From: a virus
Direction: 5' to 3' (one strand)
Virus record (IMG/VR): IMGVR_UViG_3300030419_007010
Coordinates: 32,001-96,000 of that record
Length of the DNA stretch: 64,000 bases
The position numbers and the translations under genes are program-made. The notes beneath the pieces were generated by a model, which had not been told where the DNA came from, searched no databases, and worked only from the letters and a program-made list of their open reading frames with translations. Shown here piece after piece: positions 28,307-38,900 of this stretch. Position 1 is the stretch's first letter. The number at the start of each line of letters is the position of its first letter.

Positions 28307-28314
28307 TAATTAGT
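28307..28314 (-). promoter_or_regulatory. Candidate late-promoter motif ACTAATTA
   Basis: Intergenic, about 22 nt upstream of the ATG at 28284. Confidence 0.5.
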
Positions 28315-28356
28315 ATATAATATCAATAATTTACTTTTAAATCATTTAGTTAAAAT

Positions 28357-31356
28357 TTATTGTTGTCTCTGTTTGTTTGTGAATTTAAAATTAATGTCAA
28401 TTTTTCTACCAGTCTTTTTTGATGTAACTCTTAATTTATACCTTGGCACCGAGCCAGAAGGTTCGGTCCAAGTTCCTTCGCTAGGGTTATATTCTCCTGA
28501 TTCAGACGAGAAAATCTTTTTTTGTTTTACTCCAAAGTTAGGACTTATTAAATTGGGATTTTTTTGCTCATCTGCCGAAATTATATTTGAATTATTGTAA
28601 TCTAGCTCGTCTTGTCCCAAGGCCGGCTTTATTAATAAATATTTTCTAAAATCTCTAGTAGCATAAGAATCGATAGCTTCTGGAAAAGTATACTCTTTAA
28701 TCAAGGGCAGGATCGCAGCTTTAGAAACATCGCTGCCGTCTTCTAGCGTAACTAATTCAACTTCGAAAACACCCGTAGGATTAGACATATGACCATTCTC
28801 GTCAATGGCTCTAAATGTATAGTAGTATTTTTGATTCGGACTTATTGTGTCAATATATGAAGTTTTTTCAATATTTATTGGTTCCTCTATTTGAAAATCA
28901 TCATAAGACAGCGGCGCGGTAGCTGTTCTGAATATTTGATAAGACACATTTGCATCATCTGTTTGAAAATTTATAGGATCGTCCGAACCAAGACCTTGTG
29001 AATCTCTTATTTTTGAAAATTGTTCGCCGTCTTCAAGGGCTAAAGAAATAGGATCTAAAGTATAGTCACCGACGCTAGCGTTTAACATAATGAAAATTTT
29101 ATTATGGATTCCGCTAAAAGGCACAATATTAACATCCGGAGGTACAGGAGGTCTATCAAGCACAATCGTTGGCTTCGTATCTAAAACATTAAAATATGGT
29201 ACCTCAATTAGTCTTAACGAAGATTGCGTCAAAATATTAAATGAAGCTTGCATATATATATTGCCGGCAGGTTCTATTAATTCAGGAACGGGCATGCCAA
29301 ATTCTTCTTCTATACCAGCGGCTGATGTAGAACAATCTACCGGCGTATTCGAACTGTCCTCATCACAGTCCGGTACCGGCGCACCATCGGGAGGCGGATC
29401 GGACACTTCATCGGTATCCCAACTATAATAGTATTCTACGGGACCAGTATATTTATACATTGTACCGGGGACGGCGTGGTAAGCATAAACTCTATATTCA
29501 TAGTATTTATCATATTTTACCTGTGTGTCCAGAATATTAATAACACTCTGCTCGGCCATGTTTGGAACTAATATGTTTTGTATTGTGTTGCCGTTGCTGC
29601 TTTTTTCAATTCTATAAAACAAAATTTCCGATTCTTCGTTTTTCTCTCCTTTCATAATTTGTTCATAATCTCTAGATTCTTGATCTAATAATTCTACTAT
29701 TTTTGCGTTGGCAACTGTTGAGAATAAAAATTTAAGCAAAGAGTCTTGTGGATTTATAAAATCTATTTCGTTATTGGAGACAAACGTTGTTACTTCTTGG
29801 TTTTGTAAACTAAACACATCCCCGGGATTTTCCGTATATTTCTTGATTATATTGTTGAGATCCCAAGATCTTCTATCACTATCAGCTATAGTGTGCTTTT
29901 TTTGTGTTTCTGTTGTTTCTTCGGTTAGTTCCGTAAACGGGGTTATAACAGCTTCTGGTAGTGTATAAGCCACGTTAGCCATTACGGGAGCCATCATACT
30001 CGTTTGATTAAGGACATTCGCAATATTCTTCTTCTTGTTCGTATTAAAACTAATTCCGACACTCATGGGATGTTGTGATCTTACGGAATCGAACTCTTTA
30101 AGCAAATCTTTTCTAGAATCTGTTAAGCAAATATTAGTATATTTACTAGCGATTTTATCATGAATCGGGCCCGGAGAGGAGGTTCCTGCCAAAAATTGTT
30201 CTGTGCGCGCTGAATATAGTTTGTAATATAGTTCTTTATCAGAGCTACCAGCTAGCTGATGGTCTATTCCGTCGTCTCCTTTGATTGTATTGCCATTATA
30301 AAGATTGTTAAGGGTGGCATAATTTGTATCCATGCCTGTTACTTCTTGATATTCTTGCGCAAAAACTTGGCCGGCGTTTAGTTTAATCGATTCTTTAAAA
30401 ATATCACGAAAAACCAATTGATAAAATTCTGGTAATCCAGAAAACATTCCGGGTGGAGATTGTTCGTTGTCATTATAGCCGGCGATCTCCGGGAATGCAT
30501 AATACATTGGTAGCGCTTTTTCTGATATGCTTTTATCCGAAATCGTTTGCCTGTACTCATCGAAATTAAAATCAGGAGAATAGTGTACGTCTATATTCGC
30601 ATGCAGAGCCCCGGGTAAAGAATTTAAATTATTTAGTTCAGTGTTTGTAAAGGCTCGATCATATTTAAAAGAATAATCAAAAAACCATGTATCGAAGTTA
30701 ACAATTGATTTTAATTCTGCTCCAGTAGCAACTTTACTCAAACTACTATTATAGTAGCTATATGTTCCATCAACGAACAGAGATTCAAATCGTGACTTCA
30801 TCAAATTTGAATCAAAAGAATCATTTAAATGAACCAAACTAACATGAACTCTCATAGTTTCTTTTTCTTGCTTCGTGAAATCAAAAGTATATTCATCGTC
30901 AACAACAGGATCCTGAACAACAGTCTTGTCCGGCTCTATATCAAGATAGGAGCCAAACTTCAAATGCATGAAGTCCGTATGTAGATTTCCCGCTAAATCG
31001 ACACTCTTAGCAGTGTCCGGCATGCCTAAAGGAAATATCTGTGCTTCTGAAAAAGAATTAAACCAATCAACCAAAAATCTATCTTTTGCATAATACGGGC
31101 CGCCGGGGTGTTGAAACACCAATTGTTGTGTATCATCTTCGTTGATAACACTCCAGGTTGCATCAAACAAAAATCTTAACCGGTCGCTAGAATCATATAC
31201 GGAAGAAAAAATTGGATATCCATTTATTAAATCCCCTGTCTGATTAAGTTCACCAAAAGAACTTTTCGATATAGCAATCGTTTTCTTACCAATGTTAGTA
31301 GCACCGGCGCCGGCGGGGACAATTGATGAATTCATATTTGAGGCTTCTGAAGGCAT
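28357..31356 (-). CDS. Large hypothetical protein with FN3-like segments (999 aa)
   Basis: YQIFRT...SYIDTISPNQKYYYTFRAID...S and FYRIEK...DTQVKYDKYYEYRVYA patterns. AGGAG SD. Confidence 0.55.
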   Translation of the reverse strand: MPSEASNMNSSIVPAGAGATNIGKKTIAISKSSFGELNQTGDLINGYPIFSSVYDSSDRLRFLFDATWSVINEDDTQQLVFQHPGGPYYAKDRFLVDWFNSFSEAQIFPLGMPDTAKSVDLAGNLHTDFMHLKFGSYLDIEPDKTVVQDPVVDDEYTFDFTKQEKETMRVHVSLVHLNDSFDSNLMKSRFESLFVDGTYSYYNSSLSKVATGAELKSIVNFDTWFFDYSFKYDRAFTNTELNNLNSLPGALHANIDVHYSPDFNFDEYRQTISDKSISEKALPMYYAFPEIAGYNDNEQSPPGMFSGLPEFYQLVFRDIFKESIKLNAGQVFAQEYQEVTGMDTNYATLNNLYNGNTIKGDDGIDHQLAGSSDKELYYKLYSARTEQFLAGTSSPGPIHDKIASKYTNICLTDSRKDLLKEFDSVRSQHPMSVGISFNTNKKKNIANVLNQTSMMAPVMANVAYTLPEAVITPFTELTEETTETQKKHTIADSDRRSWDLNNIIKKYTENPGDVFSLQNQEVTTFVSNNEIDFINPQDSLLKFLFSTVANAKIVELLDQESRDYEQIMKGEKNEESEILFYRIEKSSNGNTIQNILVPNMAEQSVINILDTQVKYDKYYEYRVYAYHAVPGTMYKYTGPVEYYYSWDTDEVSDPPPDGAPVPDCDEDSSNTPVDCSTSAAGIEEEFGMPVPELIEPAGNIYMQASFNILTQSSLRLIEVPYFNVLDTKPTIVLDRPPVPPDVNIVPFSGIHNKIFIMLNASVGDYTLDPISLALEDGEQFSKIRDSQGLGSDDPINFQTDDANVSYQIFRTATAPLSYDDFQIEEPINIEKTSYIDTISPNQKYYYTFRAIDENGHMSNPTGVFEVELVTLEDGSDVSKAAILPLIKEYTFPEAIDSYATRDFRKYLLIKPALGQDELDYNNSNIISADEQKNPNLISPNFGVKQKKIFSSESGEYNPSEGTWTEPSGSVPRYKLRVTSKKTGRKIDINFKFTNKQRQQ

Positions 31357-31369
31357 AGATTACTCCTGG

Positions 31370-34300
31370 TTATCCTTCTGTATTTTCAATCGTAAAATAT
31401 TCGTCATATAGCGGCACATACATGGGATCCTGTTCCGATAAAGTCGTAACATTAAACAAGGGCTCATGATAATTAACTAGTCTACAATAAACAGTATTTG
31501 AATCATCACTGTTCTGTGCGCGCATTTGTTGTAATAAATCTGGCGTTAACAATTGCCAAATAGGAGACATAACATCGCCATTGTTTTCATATCCCGTTAA
31601 AGCCTGAACCGTGAATATAGTTTTATAGTTAAAATGATAATATGTATACAATCCAAGATTTGATAGGGCGCCCAGGGCGCCTTCGCCAGGGTCGGCGGCG
31701 ACTGTCATCCAAAATTTTGTAGACGGATTTTCAGATTCTGGATGGCCATGGCTGCTAGCATGAATTAGAGATATTATTTGATTTGGTAATGCAGAAAACT
31801 TGGTGTCGATGCTAGCAAAGGAATCCCCGGCCTGTTGATGCATCTCGTATACTATATTCCATAGAAGAGAATCCGAATCTGCGAGATTATACAATTGTAA
31901 ACTATCTCTAAAATTTGGACCCAGGCTATCCGCGAGTTCATGTATAGTTGGCAAAAGTTTTTTCATGATAATTAATTCTAGTGCTTTTCTGGACTGTATC
32001 AAGGGATCTTTATTCGACATTTTGAGTTTAAAATTACCATTTTCATCGTAATCCTCGCCGGTCGGGATTAATTTAATATCGCTTTCATCTCCACCGGCAG
32101 CTTCGATTTCTACTTCTTTATACCAATTTTTGTTCTTTGTCGCTTCAATCATCTGATTGTGCGGTATTCGTAAAATAGGAGAATCAAATTGTTCGCTTAC
32201 AGTACAATTTAATGAAGACATAATTTCTTTGGTTTTTAATATATTTCTAATTTCAGAGTGGCCTCCATGGCCTAGACTGTAGTTGAATCCGCCATCAGCA
32301 GTTAAAGATATATCTGCAGAGCCTATAGAAGACTTTGCAAGATTAGTTCTGATGATTTGTAATAAAGCTGCTTTATATTTTTGTAAAGCCGCCTTGTGGG
32401 CCAGATTGTACGTCTTTGCGGCGCCACCAATAGGTTGAATATTTTTTAGATCGCCTTCACTAAGCAATCCACAAACATAGGAGGGGGTTAAATAAGAATA
32501 AGCAGACGCCTCGGGATCTACTCCGGTTGTTATATATGTAGTTGTTCCTTCCGAAGACATAAGTAAATCATACGTATATGATTGAAATGTACCATCAGTT
32601 GGATCATATTCCAAGCTCTCCGGCTTAAAAAATTTGTAGTTTTCTTGTTTCGATCTTAAATCATAGTCCGCAAGGGAAAGAGTTTTAATACCAGCAACAG
32701 CGGGATTTGTGTTAGCCTCTTCATCTGCTAGTCTCAAACATTCATAGCCCATATGTTTGGCTATACTAGTTTTATATAAGTTATTAAAATCATGATGAAA
32801 ATTGATTACTTCTTGGGTAGTCGTTATTGAAGGTCCTATATTTTGGGATGCTCCGGTGGAACCTTGCTTGTTAGATGATATATTATCTCCCATAAACCCA
32901 GACATCGTGTCGACAAAAGTCGAAATCATACTCAAACAAGACTCAATACCTCTTGGTGAGCCATTTTGCGGGCTACATAAATTAGTTAATTGATTATAGA
33001 GCGCTTGTTTATCAAATTCTTTGGGTTGCAGCGATTTAGGAATAACCTTGTTCTGCTCAGTTTCTGGAAAATCTACGTCTAAATCTCTTGTGGCCCCAGA
33101 ATAAAAGATTTGCATCATGTTGGTAAACTCCAACAAAGCATTTTTCGCAAGTTCCCAGTGGCTTCCCTGTGCCGTAGGGTTAGGTTTTTGTTCCGACTTG
33201 TTTATAAACGTTTGTGTAAATTTTTGATATAAAATATTGTAATTTACAGTCGTCTTACCTGACGCGACAGATGAACCGACAGCCATATTATAATATTTCT
33301 CTAGATCGTTTATTTTTCCTCTAAAAGCTGCAATTCTGCTTTTAACATATTCTTTAGCGGCATTCCTAATATTTAAATCAATAGAATATTGATATTCTCC
33401 CCCAAAGATAGATGCGGCGGATGAGTCTGTTATATAAAAATGTCTTACTCCATTAAGGTTCTGACTAGATAAATACGAAATACCATCTAGTTCTTTAATA
33501 TCACCAATTTTAATAGTTTGTGTTGATGTTGTTGTAGGGCCGTCGGGGCCGGTGGGGTGACTTACTATTGTCGTCTCCTGGAAATTTGACTTTTCTTCTA
33601 AGGTGCTTCCAAGAGCGATACCATCTTTAGATGAAACTACTAATATTGGCAAGCTATCATCCTCGGTAGGATATTTATTAAAAGACTGATATTCTGATTG
33701 TACAGCACCGACCGCAGAACTTTGGTTATCAATTATCTTGTTTTTTATTCTTCTACGAGTTACTCTTATTGAAAGGATCCTGCCAGCGCTTAGAATATGC
33801 TCTTGTACGGCATGATCTGAATCTGCGTCTAAAAACATCGCAAACGGCGTATTATCTCGGAGTAACTTCCGAAAATTTATAGAAAACATTAGTTTATTGG
33901 CGCCGGATTTATCTGTCGTCATCGTTAGAGGAGAAATATAAGAAGATAAATTATGATGTAACTTTACGTTATCTTTTGGATAATTATATTTTAAGAAAGA
34001 ATAAACATCATTTTCTAAAGATTTGAAATCCAAAGAAGTTGGCTCAACGCGGTCAATCTTACGCATATCACTTACTATATTATTCGATATAACCTTTTTA
34101 TTAAGAGGGTATCCAGAGGGCGCTGTGGTGAAAACTCCATTTACAGATTGATAGGGTCCGTTCCAGATTTCATCTTGTTTGTCTGCTCTAAAAAATACTG
34201 TTTTAGTATTATTAGCTTTACCATCAACAACTACGCTATTGGTATCTAGAGGACCGTAAATTAAGAAATTATCCGGTAGCGAATTAATACCTAATAAATC

Positions 34301-34927
34301 TTTTGACGCCTCTTCATTAATATGCACAAAGGCAATTAAATGCAAATCTCCTTCAAAAAACATTTCAGCCTCATATGGAATATTCAAAACTTCCATATTT
34401 GTTTTTGGGTCATGTGTCTTATATTTTTTATATTTTTCGAATTCGCCCTCGCCGGCTCCCTGTTCATTAATAGAATCATTTAAGCTAATTGTTCTGCTTT
34501 CAATGCCGCTAGGGAGTGATTCATCATATGTGTCCGTCCATGCGTCATGAATACCCCATTTTATATATTTCTTAATAAACTCATCGCTGGAAACTTTATC
34601 CAGATGAGACAGATTACTAGCAGCGATCAGCGATAGGCTAAAATAATTTTTCGGATCCATTGTGACGTCATCGACCGTGGTGGCCATCGAAAAAGGCAGC
34701 TTACTATTATTAGAAAATGTGTTTTGCAAAACTATGTTAATAGAAGCTAAATCTTTTGTTCCGTCTGACGGCGCTGGCGCGTTATTTTCTTCTTGTACAT
34801 GTGGGTTATTACTACTAATTTTATTCAGATGGTTGCCATTATCATCGCGAGTCTCTAATACAACATTTGTCAAAATAGGAACAGGAATAATACTCTGCAA
34901 TATTGCTTCGTCATTTATTTTTGCCAT
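31370..34927 (-). CDS. Large hypothetical protein, probably structural (1185 aa)
   Basis: Long ORF with TAATG coupling inside the baseplate module. Confidence 0.65.
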   Translation of the reverse strand: MAKINDEAILQSIIPVPILTNVVLETRDDNGNHLNKISSNNPHVQEENNAPAPSDGTKDLASINIVLQNTFSNNSKLPFSMATTVDDVTMDPKNYFSLSLIAASNLSHLDKVSSDEFIKKYIKWGIHDAWTDTYDESLPSGIESRTISLNDSINEQGAGEGEFEKYKKYKTHDPKTNMEVLNIPYEAEMFFEGDLHLIAFVHINEEASKDLLGINSLPDNFLIYGPLDTNSVVVDGKANNTKTVFFRADKQDEIWNGPYQSVNGVFTTAPSGYPLNKKVISNNIVSDMRKIDRVEPTSLDFKSLENDVYSFLKYNYPKDNVKLHHNLSSYISPLTMTTDKSGANKLMFSINFRKLLRDNTPFAMFLDADSDHAVQEHILSAGRILSIRVTRRRIKNKIIDNQSSAVGAVQSEYQSFNKYPTEDDSLPILVVSSKDGIALGSTLEEKSNFQETTIVSHPTGPDGPTTTSTQTIKIGDIKELDGISYLSSQNLNGVRHFYITDSSAASIFGGEYQYSIDLNIRNAAKEYVKSRIAAFRGKINDLEKYYNMAVGSSVASGKTTVNYNILYQKFTQTFINKSEQKPNPTAQGSHWELAKNALLEFTNMMQIFYSGATRDLDVDFPETEQNKVIPKSLQPKEFDKQALYNQLTNLCSPQNGSPRGIESCLSMISTFVDTMSGFMGDNISSNKQGSTGASQNIGPSITTTQEVINFHHDFNNLYKTSIAKHMGYECLRLADEEANTNPAVAGIKTLSLADYDLRSKQENYKFFKPESLEYDPTDGTFQSYTYDLLMSSEGTTTYITTGVDPEASAYSYLTPSYVCGLLSEGDLKNIQPIGGAAKTYNLAHKAALQKYKAALLQIIRTNLAKSSIGSADISLTADGGFNYSLGHGGHSEIRNILKTKEIMSSLNCTVSEQFDSPILRIPHNQMIEATKNKNWYKEVEIEAAGGDESDIKLIPTGEDYDENGNFKLKMSNKDPLIQSRKALELIIMKKLLPTIHELADSLGPNFRDSLQLYNLADSDSLLWNIVYEMHQQAGDSFASIDTKFSALPNQIISLIHASSHGHPESENPSTKFWMTVAADPGEGALGALSNLGLYTYYHFNYKTIFTVQALTGYENNGDVMSPIWQLLTPDLLQQMRAQNSDDSNTVYCRLVNYHEPLFNVTTLSEQDPMYVPLYDEYFTIENTEG

Positions 34928-35979
34928 TAACAGATTTCTCCTGAATCGTCTTCAGAGTAAACATCAAACTTCTCAAGACCGCCGGCGTCGATGTCTTCGC
35001 ACTGGGTAAGTTTATCAGAGAACACTCCTTGACTCTTCTCACGAATATATTGGCATAGCACCGTAGGATCGATCTCCTCGTCTGTCTCTATATCAAAATA
35101 ATATTCCACATTATCTAAATCTGCTGTAGGGAATGCCAAGCTTATTTCGTCTTCATCGAGAACGCTTCCTTGAATTATGGGAGCTGTACCGGCAGCATAA
35201 GGAGGCATATCTTGCAAATTAACTTGGCCGGCCTGCAGGCCTTTTATATTTTTATGTGTTAAAAACTTAAGAGGTATTAATTCTTCATTGCCGGTAACGT
35301 TGCCGTCTACATCTTTTTCTTCTTCAATCACAAATAATTCTATATCAAAATTCTTAACAAAAAAATCAGTGTTTTTCTCTTCTATTTGTAATAATAAAAA
35401 GTCTTCTTCCACTTGTATCGCGGAAAACGGTGTCATTGAATTTGGATCGTTAAGATAATCTTGATCTAAAAATGTCTCATATGTTGCTTGTGATTCAATT
35501 TGGGGAATATTTATAATTTTTCCACTAGTATATTGACTTCCTGTTGTTTCAAAAACATTTTTATAATTCTTCATTGTCCCTTTCATAAAATCTACTGACC
35601 ATGCGGGAGCTTTATCATTATTATATTCGCTTGTTCCTAGAAACGAAATTAAAGCATTTCTATCGTTCGATGGCACTAGCCTAGTATTTTTTAATATAGC
35701 TTTGTCTTTTGCTGAAGGGCTAGAAATTAAATTATTAATTTTGCTAACTTGGCTTTCTATTCCAGAAAAAACATACTGTGTTTTTGTTCGAACAGCTTCT
35801 TTAATTCTATTTTCAGAATCATTTTGGACCTCTGAAATATTTGCATAGCTAGAATCATATATAATATCATCGTCAAAAAAGGCATAATATTCTGGTTGGA
35901 ATAATCCTTTAGAGAAAAGGTGCTTGCCATATTGAGTTAGCTCTATATCAATCACATCCTCTTTTTTATTAAAAAACAT
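34927..35979 (-). CDS. Virion structural protein (350 aa)
   Basis: N-terminus IELTQYGKHL...YYAFFDDDIIY resembles the N-terminus of 27259-28284. Confidence 0.55.
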   Translation of the reverse strand: MFFNKKEDVIDIELTQYGKHLFSKGLFQPEYYAFFDDDIIYDSSYANISEVQNDSENRIKEAVRTKTQYVFSGIESQVSKINNLISSPSAKDKAILKNTRLVPSNDRNALISFLGTSEYNNDKAPAWSVDFMKGTMKNYKNVFETTGSQYTSGKIINIPQIESQATYETFLDQDYLNDPNSMTPFSAIQVEEDFLLLQIEEKNTDFFVKNFDIELFVIEEEKDVDGNVTGNEELIPLKFLTHKNIKGLQAGQVNLQDMPPYAAGTAPIIQGSVLDEDEISLAFPTADLDNVEYYFDIETDEEIDPTVLCQYIREKSQGVFSDKLTQCEDIDAGGLEKFDVYSEDDSGEIC

Positions 35980-35981
35980 AC

Positions 35982-38900
35982 TTAATCTTCGCTCCTAGGA
36001 CCAAACATTATTTCTGCTGTTAGCTTGTTTAATTCTGACAGGGAATAAAAATCATGTGGCCAATTATACGAAATCTTTTCTTTGATTGAAACTGTATCAT
36101 TATCTTTAAAGGCATCCATATCCATCAACGATTCGTATCTGTTGTTCGCTCTCTTCTTTACTTTAAATACCAACCACTTAAGTTCTTGGTTAAATATTTT
36201 TTCTAAAGATGATTTATTCCCAGCAGGAGAATCGTCCGGGATATCTGGGCCATCATAATATTCTATTTTATTTCCCCCTGGCATATAACTTTTAATTTGA
36301 TCTAACATGCCAAAAAACTCCCAGCGATCAGTGCTTTTGTTAATGCCATGAGACTTAACGCTGAACTCTTGCTCGGCGGCGGTGGCTTGTTTTGGCATAA
36401 TATTTTGCCATATATCTCCAAGATCTTTTTTATCCAATTTGGAAGTTATTTCAAAAGTATACATAACAAAGGGTAATATACCTTGAGAAGTATTAACAGA
36501 GCCAAACGCATCAGATACTTTGGTTTCTGAATATTCACTAAGATTCGACTCGGAGAGACCTTGAGAATAAAAATCGATCATTGGAGGGAATATATACTTT
36601 CTCATATTTTTTATCAAGTCTGATATCGACGTCCGAGATCTCTTTACCGATCCTTCAATAGCCACATAATCTACCTCTGGATTGCGCAAATTCAAAAATT
36701 GATGATAATATGAATTTTGATTAATTGGAATTGCGTTAATTATATGCCCGTTCGAGACCTTTCTAAAAGGCTGGACCGTTAAGTTTTCGATCGGTTCCTC
36801 AACGTATGGTATTGCGACGATGCATTCTGCTACTTCAGCCGAATCTGCTAACTCTCCAACTCTTTTTTCAATTTCTGTGTCGCCCGTGGAATCAGCAATT
36901 GAATTCATATTAGTCATAGAATCAAATTTCAATAACTGAATCAAGCTGCCTGATTTATTAATATCATAATTTGGATCGTTCTGGTCAATGGCTTCTCTGA
37001 GATAGTACTTAATTCCTTTTTTAATCGGCTTGCCCCCTTCATATATCCATTGCGATGGATCTTCAGAATGCACGTTCGCATACGAATTCCAAATAGATCT
37101 TCCTGTTCGTTTACTAAAATATGGGCCGCTCTCTACGTCATGATTATAGCCACTGTCATAGCTGCTAGCGGAAACACATATAACGGGACATTCCCATTTT
37201 GGACGAATAGCCCAAGCAATTTTATCAAATCCGTCCGAGTCAGAATATCCTTTTACACCAAATTTTCCGTCGGGGCCGGCGAGGGCGCCGTATTGAACTT
37301 GTTTAACGGGGATCTTATCAAAAAGGTTCAAAGAAGCGGTGATGGCCATTGTATTTTTTGCAGCAATAGAATAAGGATGTAGAAGATCTTTCGCCCTAAT
37401 ATGAACGCCGGTGCGATTTCCATCTTGGTCTTTTACTATATCACTCTGGCGCTGTGGAGACAATAAATCAAAACTGGCATTAGAATTTGGAACAATGATA
37501 CTATCATATTCATTATAATAGCTCACACCTACTTTATCAGTCACGGAGCTGCCTTGAATTTGTGACATTATTTCATCAATACTAACAGCGTTCGCGCCTC
37601 CTTCTTCAGAATCTGGGGCTGTCCACCTTATTTGCGCTACCGATTTGCCATAATAATATGGAGGAGTATACATAGCATATGCTGGATCCATCTCGGAGTT
37701 ATTAAAGAACCTGTCCGCGGAACCAGACGTGGAACCGCTTGGTCTAGAAGCTATAGATTGCACGACGTGATCAAAATCAGATGATCCTGTTAACTGCCTC
37801 CAGCCGCGGGAAGCGTGGGGCCAATGCACAGTATCGACATCAGGCCTGTTCGGATAAACATCTTTACCGGCGTTGGCAGACGCGCTTCTTGCTGCTGGCG
37901 GGCCGAAGATATACCCTTTGCGAGGGCCGGCCTGTGGGTCGGCGAAGTTCCATTGATGATTAAGATAACCATGCTCTGCTGTATTGGGAGAAAACGCTCC
38001 CGTAAATCGACTTAATATTAGCTGATCTCGCGGGCCCTCAGCCATAACAAGATCATAAGTTACTGGATGTTCTATTTTCTCTAAAACAACCTCCATATAA
38101 TAAGTCTTTCCCACCTCTGGTGTATTCATCTGGCTACTGTCTGCAGAGAAAATTCCATTTCGGCCGCGGGATTTTAAAAAGAAATTAGGTACTTCTGCAA
38201 TAAAATTATTCATTGCTATTTCAAACTGTTTATTTCTTTTTTTGTCATCCCACACAAAAGAGTGAACCGAGCCATAATTCCAATCAAAAGACTGACCGTA
38301 GTCATCACTCGAACCGGCGGAGGGGCCCGAAGCAGAACCAAATGTTGGCTCAATCAGCGGTGATGATCTGGCAATCATCTTCGGTAGCCCGTTGAGGTCA
38401 AATCCGATGGCGTTCGGTACTAGCCTATCCAGATTAACAAGAGACTCAAAGGGTACCCTATAATCAGGATCTGTACTCAAACTTGATCCAGAAGCCCAAT
38501 TGTTTGTCATATTAAACCCAGTGGCGCCGCCCCAATTAGAATTTTCTCCTTCATTTGTTGCGGGAGCGTTTAAAATATAATTTGGCCAATCAACAGCTAT
38601 TCCAGATTTAATCGAATTAAATAAAATGCCAGGAGCAAATAAAGGTTGGAACGCTGCCTGCATCTTGCCGGCTTCATACAAAGCTTCGCCATGTGGTCCG
38701 ATAGTGCCTGTAGTGCGAATAAAGGGATTAATAGATTCTTGATATAATTGCGCTAATTGTTGAGTTCTTGTAGCAGGATAAAATCCGTTATAAGGTAATA
38801 ATTTTTTAATAGCATCTAATCTAAGTATTATATGTGTTGGAACAATATCTTGTTGTTGTGTTCCCTGTCCGGGGTCTAGAGAAGTCAAATCCTCGTGTAT

